Shown: piece by piece, positions 11,601 to 21,590 of the stretch
Layout of the letters: the number at the start of each line of letters is the position of its first letter
Numbering within the stretch: position 1 is the stretch's first letter
DNA from: Rotaria socialis
Taxonomy: Eukaryota
Direction: 5' to 3'
DNA length: 39,764 bases
Assembly: GCA_905331295.1 (NCBI GenBank)
Contig: CAJNYD010000007.1
Span: 1 to 39,764, forward strand
Position numbers and translations under genes: made by a program
Notes under the pieces: generated by a model
Database searches by the model: none
Seen by the model: the letters and a program-made list of their open reading frames with translations, nothing else
What the model was told of the DNA's origin: nothing

Positions 11601-12234
11601 CTTCGTATTTACAAAAAACTACTTTTCATCTTATACCGAAGACACGGTACATTCGAATAAAATTCAAAATACTAGATTCTTGTACAGGATAAAAAGACGA
11701 ATATTAAACAAAAATATTTAGTCCTCAACGCATTGTTTTTAACAATGATGTCAGTAGCATAGTGGGAGACCCATTATTCGTGTGACTCATCTGCCTTATG
11801 TTTAAGCGCTGTGAAAAAGTTCTAGAATAGAATTTATGATTGTTGAATAAGTATCACTCTGATTTGTATTTATTTTTATGTTTCTTAATTCAGCAACAAC
11901 GACAACGACTACAAGTAATCAAACATCTTGCACGTTTCCATGCGTGTGCGTAGGTATTTCATCGTCAACTTTATGGCAGGCTTATCCGAGTAATAGCATG
12001 TACATGAATATTGATACAAGCAATTGTACCTTCAATCAAACGCCACTTTACTTCACTAGTATGGCTGGAAGTGCCTCGCATTATGGTTTAACTGGTTATG
12101 GTGCGATATATTCACCTACAAGTACTTCTTTTACAATCTATATTCAGAATGTTTTTGACTGGAATTCATCCTATTTAATAAGTGTGGCTACAATTGAGGC
12201 TTGGAATGTGAATTGGTTTGGATTGTATTACTAA
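5651..12234 (+). CDS. Paralog 2: type II membrane protein with Thr-rich stalk and C-terminal 101-aa domain. Exons 5651-5713, 5764-5861, 5912-6036, 10802-10891, 11894-12234 (238 aa)
   Basis: All junctions are GT..AG and the frame stays open: MPTSTAYRTVYIPRNTRTERL|IERPLYPSYEQLL...; TM segment GLIMVLLGVGAALAITIPVTVSLY; T-rich exon; CTFPCVCVGISS...WNVNWFGLYY*. The exon 3 acceptor is a tandem TAGCAG (exon start 5912 or 5915). Confidence 0.85.
8167..9210. mobile_element. Non-autonomous TIR element (~1.04 kb) in intron 3 of paralog 2
   Basis: TIR CGCCCACGAAAAAA/TTTTTTCGTGGGCG with further imperfect pairing. Subterminal AACGC(G) motifs and TGCATTTCAACG occur at both ends. Possible degenerate 9-bp TSD (TTATAAAAC / TTCAAAAAC). 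Confidence 0.7.
10038..10715. mobile_element. Degenerate TIR element rich in AAGATCTT motifs
   Basis: Left end TAGTCGAATATCTTGTAAG..GCAAGATCTT is inverted relative to right end AAGATCTTGCTTACAAGATGTTTGTCTA. AGATCT motifs cluster at both ends. Confidence 0.6.
10999..11198. repeat. 200-bp imperfect palindrome (hairpin/MITE core)
   Basis: TCGCGATTATGAATCCAA..GTTTTAACCGGCTTGTATCGCCATGTAT pairs with ATACATGGTGATACAAGCCGGTTAAAAC..TTGGATTCATAATTGCGA. Confidence 0.85.
11199..11629 (-). pseudogene. Tc1/mariner-type transposase relic (N-terminal DNA-binding region up to the first catalytic-Asp motif), in intron 4 of paralog 2
   Basis: Translation MKS/..KYEDGDGPTKTFRDFNGVLGLNTIKR*CKMIRDTGSIQLS..GPR..VSARSLAKDKNISESSVHRILKEDLKLHTYK, then in a shifted frame KEDTLRILFSNEK (degenerate ILFSDEK). 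Contains stops and frameshifts. Confidence 0.85.
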
Positions 12235-12397
12235 AGACAGACATTGGTTTTCGTAAACACTTGTATCGAGAATATGAAATAAAACCTGAATTTGTCATGC
12301 AAATTTCCAGTAGACTCCCATAAATGCTTATTTGTGCCATTATAAATGGCTAACATAATGAAATTAGACTAAGTTAAGAAAGATGACACATGAGTAT

Positions 12398-13433
12398 GGC
12401 GCTAGTATACTTAGTCGCACGATCACTTCGCCGCAGAACAGTTCGTCGCGATGAAAATAAATTTAATCAGCTCACTCTTTTTATTCAAGAGAAGGAGAAA
12501 GAGAGTAAATTAATTGAATTACATAATCCATACTCGTGTATTATTTAGTTAATCATATGGAAGTTTCAATTAGTCGTAGAATTTATTCCTCATAGCACAA
12601 TTTTTTGAAAAATACGAAATGTTAATTTAAAATTTAACTTTCGTAAATAAAAATTGATAGAAAATTTTAATTCAAATAAAACTTCCAGAAAAATTAGATA
12701 AAACGAAATTTCTTATTTCAGGAAAACAATATATAATCCTATCACATTTAGAGTCATACTATTTTGCTTCCTGAGATTTGTTAGAACTTTATAAAATAAC
12801 GTCTCTAAAAAGAATTCCTCATTTATAAAATTCATGATTTTCAGTGCACGCTATAGCATTATTTGACCAATATACTTATTTTTTTAAATTTATTTGATAT
12901 TAGAAACCTATACTCCATTTTCATAATTTCAGTATCATTTTACGAATTGATTGAATATTTTTTTGAAAAAAAAAATCATTTAAAAAGTTGCTCAGTGCAT
13001 CGTGTAGATGCGAGTTATAGTATTTATTTTATTTTTCTGTTTCTTTGCCCAAAAATTCTATAACGGTCTACTCTTAATATTAAAGGAGCTGACTTGAAAT
13101 TCTGTCAATAGGAAATAACACTTTGCCAAAATACTTTGGAGCTTCCCTTTAACCAGTACCATTTTACTCCTTAAACATCGCACTGTAGTAATTATGTAGA
13201 TATAATTATTTCATAACACGGTGTATGTTTAGATGATCATCCAATAACATATGAATGTAAATGGTGTAATTCACTTAATTTACTCTCTTTCTCCTTCCCT
13301 TGAATAAAAAGAGTGAGCTGATTAAATTTATTTTCATCGCGACGAACTGTTCTGCGGCGAAGTGATCGTGCGACGAAATGATCGTGACGAAGTGAACGCG
13401 ACGAAGTGTCATGCGACTAAGTGAACGGTCACC
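12398..13433. mobile_element. Mutator/MULE-like non-autonomous element (1036 bp) with long TIRs and a perfect 9-bp TSD
   Basis: CATGAGTAT at 12389-12397 and 13434-13442; GG..CC termini; ~110-nt near-perfect inverted repeat (GTCGCACGATCACTTCGCCGCAGAACAGTTCGTCGCGATGAAAATAAATTTAATCAGCTC...). Tandem GCGACGAAGTG-like units lie within the right TIR. Confidence 0.9.
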
Positions 13434-15764
13434 CATGAGTATGTTGCTTATGTAAATTTTACTTTAATTACCTTGATAATACAAAATGCATAATAGTATT
13501 ATCATACTATTTATGATACAGTAAGTTTCTATAACAGCACAGGCTAATCGATTCGTTATTGGTGATCAATTTTTTCGATGTAACAGCGTCGTATCTGAAA
13601 ATCTAACAATACGTACATCTTATTCTTTGACTCGGGCTTCAAATATAATTGAAAAATTAGCATTTTAACCCGAAAATTCACTATCAACATCGAACAATCA
13701 ATTTTATCTATTTTTTCGATACCTTAATTTTCGTGCTAGCATGTGAAATTGATGCATTGATTATTATTTGAACCTCTTAAGCGGATGAACAGACTTTTTG
13801 TAGTACTTTAAATAAAAGCTAGCTGACTATTTATTAAAAACATGTATTACCTGAAACTAAAAAAAACATGGAAGCTGAAGACTAACTGAATTTCTATCAT
13901 GTGGAATGTCAGAATATATGATATTTAAACTCAATTCATAGACATTTAATTCGTCATAGATTTATCAAGAGAAAGAAATACACTCATTTTTCTGCTTTTA
14001 GCAGTTTTTTATTTTATAATTGCTCATAATGTAATGCGTAGCAATGTACAAAAACAGTTTAAACGAGTTCTGAACGTAGTAAATGCTTGGAAACGTGAGT
14101 TTAACGTTAGAAAGAAGCAGAACGTTTTAATTGTCATTTTTTGCCGTTTATAACCACTTCTTTTTATTCAAACGGTCCAATATGACCGTTTAAAAGGAAA
14201 AACAGCCTTTTCATTCCTGTCTGGGAACAAAGTTGTCTTACATCTTTGAGTTATCCTTGCTCTTTTGTTTCATTTAGCTATACCAAATTGTCATATTTTA
14301 ACTATCGAGCAAGTTATTTTAAAGAAAGTCATGATACCGTTCTTCCAGAGGCGGAAAACGTTTTCAAGCATGTGGGTTATCTAGAAACCCACCAAAGATT
14401 CCTTGGATCCATCATTGAATTTTATCTACGCAAATCGATTTTCACTCGATTTGGATTAAAAATACATGTTTTATTCGAGAATCAACTTCCCCTTTACTGT
14501 GTGATACTAGTATAAGAAGGATCTACCTCAGCTTAGTTAAGCAAACCAGAAATCTGATACTAGGAGCAGTGAGGGGTGGTATGATGAACAAACTGAAAGA
14601 GAATACTTGGATTTATCTCCTATCTGAAAAAAACTAGACAGGTTTACAAAATCGACCTATAGGTAGTATACTCGACGCGATTCGAACCACCTCCTCCATT
14701 ACATTTTTCATTCTTGATAATATATAGCAAACCAGACATTTTTGAATATTTCGGCAAAGAGTGCTTTTTCTCAAAAACGAAAGCTTTAAAGAATGTTGTA
14801 TTTTTCAACCGGAAGGGTACATCTGTTAAGATTAAACAGTGATTTTTCGTGATCAGCAGATCAAACTGTACAAAATACGTAAAAAAAGCATGGAAAAAAT
14901 GGTTGACTGTAAGTTCGAGTTACGTGCACCTTACTACTTTCAGTGAAATAGATGAGTGGAATTAAGAATCGGGATGGAGTTCCTATATGGCTCTCGGTCC
15001 GGATGGAAAATCGCTTGCTTCAAAATTCATGTATTCCCACAGCCTATGGTAGATCTCTAAAAACGTTTACAATCGTTTGTTAATACGACAATTTAGAGGG
15101 GGAAAGCTGTTTTTTTATGTATTCAAAAAGTGAGTACACTCTAGATTTGGTCAGTGTGTCGGGACGGCCGTTATCGCGGTAAATTTTGAAAGCATCATCC
15201 AATTGTCATGAAATTTTTGTACACAGAATGATCTCATGAATATCTCAGTCGAATTCGAAGATGACAACAATCCGTTAAGAATCAAAATCTTTGTCATAGT
15301 GAAAATGAAAACTCAACTATTACATACCATTCGATAGAGAATTTCATGGGCTACAAAATAATGCTAAATTGTAGGAGTAAATATGCTGTGTTTGAAATTT
15401 CCTCGATAGGTCAGTGCCCAAAAACTATGAAAAACCTGTGCATACTGGCACTGCTGGTCGACTCTTTCAGACTGTTTAATTAAAACCAATATGCCGCCAG
15501 CTAAATTTTTCAAATACACATAACACTCGGATTTAAATCCGAGGTTTCCGCATTTATTTTCACTTGCTGCTGAACAATCATCTTACAGATGCTTATCATT
15601 TTATATATTTTTTCTCGACTCCAAATACGAATTAGAATTGTTGCAGCTCCACCCTCTCTCTTACACGCACAAAGCTTTCTACTATGCAACAAAATATAGT
15701 CTATTATAAGGAAATTTCAAAACACCTTATGATGCTTTCGTGTCAAACATATGTGTATCTCTAT

Positions 15765-18317
15765 TTAGTAATACATGCCAACCCAATTTACATTCCATGC
15801 GTAACTTGCAGCGTAAGATAACATTGTTGCCGGTGTCAAGCCAGAACGACTCGTGACATAAATTCGAAACGAGGTACTTGTATATACATAAATAGCATTG
15901 TGGCCTACCAAATCAAAATGAGCATTCGTTCCATCTATACTAGTAATGTAAGTTGGTGTTTGATTGAAATGACAGCTGCTAGTATCGATATTCATGTACA
16001 TTCCGCTAGTAGAGTACTGTAGCCACAAACTATAAGAAGAAACACCGGCACAGATACATGGTGGTTTACACCATGATTGAGTAGTTGTAGCTGTTGTTGT
16101 CGTTGTTGCTGAAATGAAGAATACCCAGATATTTCATGATATGAATAATCATCTGTTAATTCAAGTACGAATATAATTGATTATTGGGCAAAGATTCAAA
16201 TATCATCGCCTTAAGAACTCATTTAAACTTCTAGCTGTTAAATGTATCATGTACACATACATATGAATATTTTCTTATGAGGTCAGATTTACACAGCAAA
16301 CAACTTTACTATATTCAACCGTAGTCACATTTCTATAAAAGTTAGTATACATTGGAATATATTAAATTTCATGCAATTCTAATTATACTCCGTGTATAGA
16401 AATACATACCTCTGTCAGAATAACAATAAATAAAAATAAGTTTTGTTTGGCTAATCCACATCGACATTCGCGAAAATTTGGAGTTTAACGACAAATGAAT
16501 AGAATTAAATCTATCTTGATCCATTTTTATTTATATAAGGCTCAGTATATCTATAGATGGAGCATGGGTTTACAAGACTTACAATAAACTGCTTACATAA
16601 AAGCAAAGAGTAATATATCCAGAGAAGCTAGAGGAATTTATGCAACATATTCCGTAATTGTGCTAAAATTAGTCTTATGTGAATAGCATTCATTGTGAAA
16701 GAAAACAACATCACACAAGTGATAAGATTGTCTTTGTTTTGTCGCTACGAACTATTGGAATCTCTTTATGCTTTTTTCTGTGACACGTAAAGTGTCCATT
16801 CCTTCGTCCCATATCTCTTCTGTCACATCGTTTGTTGAAAACTAGCTTCGAGTTCACTATTATGTTTGACTGTAATATCGTCGCAAAATGCATAATAGTA
16901 TCGAACTTAAACTCTGAAACTCCGAAAGAATACAATTCATTGAAATTTGTCGCTTTTCATTGAACACTATGGAATCGAATGAGGATAATTTTGTTGAAGA
17001 TTTTCCTTGAAATCAAACTAAGTAGAGACACTGGTCAATTTTCAAATTTCATCTAGTGTTTTTTCCAAGCAACAATGTATGGTCGAGATATTACTCGACC
17101 TTGAGGAGCATGTAAACAAATTGACACTTTAATCTTTTAGGTATCCTAGCGAATATTTACTTGTTGTTGTAGTTGTCACACTCGTTGTGGAAGTTGTTGT
17201 GGTGGCTGTCGTTATTGTAGTTGTCATTATCGTAGTACCAACTGTTGTTGTAGTTGGAGACCCTAGAATATTTTCATATGTAAAACAAAACTCGCACAAA
17301 GAAGAGTTCAAATTCCGCAATCTAACTCTCACTTAATAGTCACATAGCTTCGTTCTCCTTTCTACAGTTTCGATTGTATGTGCGATGTTTCTTTTCTTTA
17401 TTAGAAACAAAAAACACAAGTTCTGCTAGTCATTCAATTTTATCAGTGTTTTACTGTATATTTTTTTTAAACTACTCAATAATGGACTTGTAGGCATTGA
17501 GAAACGTCCATGCTCTCATCTTTCTATTATTCATCGGTGACACAATGAGCTAGGACAGACCAAAATAGTTAGTTTTCGCTGGGTCAAAATGAACATCAAT
17601 TATTATTAACAATATTTCGGTAATAGTAAATCTAGCTCCCTATTAACAATATCTATAAAAAGAATATCGTTGGCTATATAAAAGCCAAAATTTCCAATTT
17701 AGGAGTATAAAACTAATTTTAATGACAAATCATTTTTTCTGATTTTGTTGAGCAAAAATAAGAATTTCTTAAGATTCAGAATATTGCACCTTCAGCATTC
17801 CTCGTTGACTGTGTTCTAGTGATGAGATACTTTGATTTCTGCTAGTGGGCTATTTTTTTAAACGCGACTTCTATCATTTCAGATGCGTCAACGTTCAATA
17901 GCTCTGTTACACACAGTAGTTGTGTACTTACATAAAAAATGAAAATGAACCATTATTATTCCCAGAGCGATAGCCATGGCAGTTGTTATACCGAGCGACC
18001 CGATGCCAAATATTTTGAATGTTATAAAGTATTTTGATTCCTTGCTGGGTGTTCTGTTAAAGAAGAAGGAACCTACATTATGTTATTTATTTTTTGTTAC
18101 TCACTTTGTCCCTGATGGAATGTTGCTTACAGTATCAAATGAAACATTTATCTTCTCTGGAGTAAATGACTGTACAGGTAAAGGATGAAAGGCCTGTACC
18201 AGCTTCATAAAATAAAATGATTTTTGTGTAGGAAGGTTTGAGGACACTTACTGGTTGTTGTATTGGACTAAAGTAAGGTGCATATTCTCCTCTGAATGTA
18301 GCAGTACTAGTGTACAT
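15765..18317 (-). CDS. Paralog 3: type II membrane protein with Thr-rich stalk and C-terminal 101-aa domain. Exons 18317-18252, 18202-18105, 18053-17932, 17262-17161, 16108-15765 (243 aa)
   Basis: Open spliced frame: MYTSTATFRGEYAPYFSPIQQP|LVQAFHP...; TM segment IFGIGSLGITTAMAIALGIIMVHFHFL; T-rich exon; CKPPCICAGVSS...WNVNWVGMYY*. Exon sizes 98 and 122 nt and intron phases 0,2,1,1 match the paralogs. The start context TTGCTTGAAAATG is shared with paralog 2. Confidence 0.85.
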
Positions 18318-18528
18318 TTTCAAGCAACTAATACTGGTTGCAGTCGGTATTTACTTTTGTATTGATCAATTAAAATGTGAAAGATCAAGAAACGAAGAAC
18401 AATGTATAGTTAAACAACAGTTGCCACCGTTCCTTTTAAAAACCTTTTATTCATTCTTTACTCACAATGTTCGAAAGCACGTAAAATTTTAATGGATTCA
18501 TTTTGTTTTCTTCGGTAGGAAACCATTG
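18318..18528 (-). promoter_or_regulatory. Diverged homologue of the shared upstream region, in front of paralog 3
   Basis: The reverse complement aligns by eye to 5440-5650 (ATCCATTAAAATTTTA, TGTTGTTT, ATTGATCAATACAAAAG, TTGCTTGAAAATG). Confidence 0.7.
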
Positions 18529-18897
18529 TACAGGTTGATGTCTATAGCTTGTTTTTGATTCATTACGCTGTTTACGATTGAATATATGAAAACAGTTGCT
18601 TCAACTAAAAAGAAAGCTATACATTTCGGAAGACAGTCATTCTCTATAAGAAGTTTGAATGATGAAAGCGAAAATTGAAATTGGAAATTGGAAACAAATG
18701 TTGAGTTCAGCTACTCATGGTTCTGATTAGCAATGCTATTGCGTTCGCTTGCTCACATATAACAACTTATTTTTGCCAAATACATTTTTTTTAAATTTTA
18801 TAGGCTGAATCGTAAAAGTGCCGGCAATCATACTTGTTAATACAAGAGGGTAAGTGCTGGGTGCCAGCACTTTCCCCCGTGTGTTAATGTGTTCGGA

Positions 18898-18956
18898 TAC
18901 TTTCGCTCCTTTTTTATTGGTTTAGGAGCGAAATCAATATTTTTTACTGGTTACCA
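18898..18956 (+). repeat. 59-bp direct repeat, copy 1 (copy 2 at 20740-20798), with internal hairpin TTTCGCTCCT..AGGAGCGAAA
   Basis: Two mismatches between the copies; copy 2 begins immediately after the N at 20739. Confidence 0.9.
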
Positions 18957-20738
18957 TTTTACCATTTCGGAAGAAGCATTTATTATAATACGGCGGAGGG
19001 TATATTATTATACGATGCTACCCCAAAGGGTATATTATTATATCGAAAATATCAATGTATAAGTATAATTCATAATTTCTTTCATTTTTGTTATGTTCAA
19101 AAGCATCTATTTAAAAAATATTTTTCCTTATATCAATATCATATTTTATTAACATAGCTCTTTGTTGTTTGTTTAGATCAACAAAATCAATGAAAAAAAG
19201 AATTCGTCATAATTTGTTTTTCTCTTTATCAATTGGTATTTTTTCATTGTTTGCTGTTCAACATAAAATACATAAGTACCTAATTAATTTCAACTCAGGT
19301 TGTTTATATTCAAGAAGTATTCATCAAAAATGATCCTTCGGTAGCAATCTATTCTTCCATTAAATAACTCTCTCTTATTTTTCAGATGAACCAAAAGACT
19401 ATGAAATTTATGCGTCGATTTATTTTTGCCAATTCACAAATTAGTTTTCTTTCGTTCTTTTAGGTAAAGAACAATAAAAACCGAAATATCAATAATTATT
19501 TTTAACTCCTCTCTTATATATTGGCAAACAAGTGTCGAGAAAAAACCTCAAACATCAATGAATTCTTTTGATAGATAACCTTTTCTTTTCTTCAGATAAA
19601 GAAGAACAATTACTAAAACTTTTGTATCCTGTTTTATGTCTTAATGAATTATTTTCTGCTCATGTCGAAATACCAAACTATTCGTAGGCAAGTATCATTT
19701 ATATTTTCCTTCATCTTTTGTATTGGAAAACATTGGAAAATGATTTATCATATATCAATGTAATGTTTCATGAATAATGTTTTCTTGTTTATTTAGATCA
19801 ATACGACTATTGAAAAAACTCCGCCCAAAGTTTTTTCTCTTTATCGATTGGCATTCTTTCATCGTTTGATGTCAACATAAAATACATAACCACATCATTA
19901 ATTTTAATTTGTGTTTTTTATATTCAAGTAATATTCATCAAAGGATCCTGCAGATATTAATCAATTTTTTTTTATTAAATAACCTTTTCTTGCTTTTCAG
20001 ATCAATAATGACAACTATTAAATTTTTCATGTCATGTTTTCCCCCCGATCGATCAGTGTATGTGTACCTCCTGTGTTTCGAGAAACGAGTCGTTAAGTAT
20101 AACTGACGAGTTTAGCTACTTTTTTCTGTACTTATTAAAGTCGCGAAAATTTCTTTCAATATATCGCCGGATTTTGTTTTATTAATCTTTTCTTTTTTTT
20201 TTATATCAGCAAGAACAACTGCTGTCATATCGATGGTGAACTTTTCTGCTCAACAAGTCATTCTTCAGTACTACCTTTTCAACTGCCGAGTGTCTTTTGT
20301 ATTGGTTCAAGTTAAGAGAAAACATTTATATAAAATATCGTAAAATTTGCTTTTGAAGTCTTTTCTTTTCTCAGATCAACAGCAACAACTACACATAAAC
20401 TGCATTGTCGAGTTGTGTTTTTTATCCAATGCAGTTTCCGGTCATCATCAGATATAAAACAAAACCATATGCAAGTATTAATTCTAGTTTTAGTTCATCT
20501 TTTTATATTCGGAAGAAAATTCTTTAATAATTTTCTCTTATATCAATGATTTTTTTATTTATTGTTTCCTTTGCCTGTTTAGATAAGCAACGACAGCCAT
20601 GATAGGGTCGTCTGTTATTTCTCTTTCTTGTTCAGCTTCTCTTTAACTTATGCTTAGCAATAAACTGACTGGATACGTGTAATTGATCATTTTACTGCAA
20701 ATCATTTCTATGGAGAAAAGTAATAAAAATATTCTCAA
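18952..20738 (+). mobile_element. Left-truncated copy of an interspersed repeat element; its first 258 nt match 39507-39764
   Basis: Near-identical match at offset 20555. The interior consists of diverged AT-rich repeat units ending in TTTAGAT/TTCAGAT (e.g. ~19120-19400 vs ~19740-20000). Confidence 0.7.
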
Positions 20739-21277
20739 NTACTTTCGCTCCTTTTTTATTGCTTTAGGAGCGAAATCAATATTTTCTACTGGTTACCATA
20801 ATGAATCTTTTTCGTGTTTCTACTCTTATTCCATTCTTCATATTATCTCTTTTTAATACTTTTTTCTGCTGAGTATCAGAACTTAATGTACCCAGCATAC
20901 CAACTCTTCTGTTTTTGTTTACCAAAAGGAGTTAATTATCTATGATTTAAATTGAATCTGCAGAAGTCACAATGCTATATATTGAAACACCTTTGAAAGG
21001 AAATGAGGTAATAAAAAATAATTTGTGAAAGATGTTCAATAAGGAATAACTAAAATAGATTGAATATCAACCGTTTTCAAAAGGAATAGGCGTTCACTAA
21101 AACAAAACCTACTTTTGAAGTGTTGGTATTGAAGTTTTGATTTTGCAGTATCGGTTTTGTTATGGTTTTTGATATAGTTTTCGTAGTCTCGGCATTGATT
21201 TCGATGGTATTTATTATGATCAAGTTTTGGTCTTATTTAGCTTTGGTTTTGACTTTTAGATACTATTGAAAAATAAA

Positions 21278-21336
21278 GGGTGTGGTTGTAGCCGTATTTT
21301 TTGTAACAACGCCGACACCCACACCCACACCCACCC
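21278..21336. repeat. Telomere-like (TGTGGG/CCCACA) mini inverted repeat; relatives at ~7461-7532, 24820-24958, 25147-25214, 26500-26550 and 27472-27541
   Basis: GGGTGTGGTTGT, a spacer, then CACCCACACCCACACCCACCC; the same G-strand-then-C-strand arrangement occurs at the other sites. Confidence 0.6.
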
Positions 21337-21546
21337 ATTGCTATATGCCCAACTCCGGGTGTTTCCGATAAGGGACGCGTGCAACAAGTAATCGAAGCTT
21401 AGAACAAATCCTAGTTCCTAGTAAACAAAAAGTATATGCCACTCATTTATCATTATATTTTCTAGTAGAACAAAGTAATATTCTCGAATTGGTTTAAATT
21501 CTTTGAATTTTGTCAAAAACGTTTTAAATCGATCTAGAGATCTTAA

Positions 21547-21590
21547 GCCACCTGATGAGACTTCTAAGCAGAGTTGAAATGCGCTGTGGT
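21547..21590 (+). ncRNA. Degenerate minimal type I hammerhead ribozyme-like motif
   Basis: GCCAC-CTGATGA-GACT..AGTT-GAAA-TGCG-CT-GTGGT: stem I, core boxes and stem II are present, but the cleavage triplet is non-canonical (GCT instead of GUH). Confidence 0.4.

Noticed and set aside
13339..13423. CRISPR-like short repeats
   Set aside because: The units are ~13-15 nt with no unique spacers and lie inside a TIR; the context is eukaryotic.
15150..15345. Possible Helentron/HINE-like internal segment
   Set aside because: Only a vague resemblance; no termini or second copy could be identified in the window.
20081..20116. GAAACGAGTC..CTGACGA hammerhead-like words
   Set aside because: Stems I and II cannot form in the required register.
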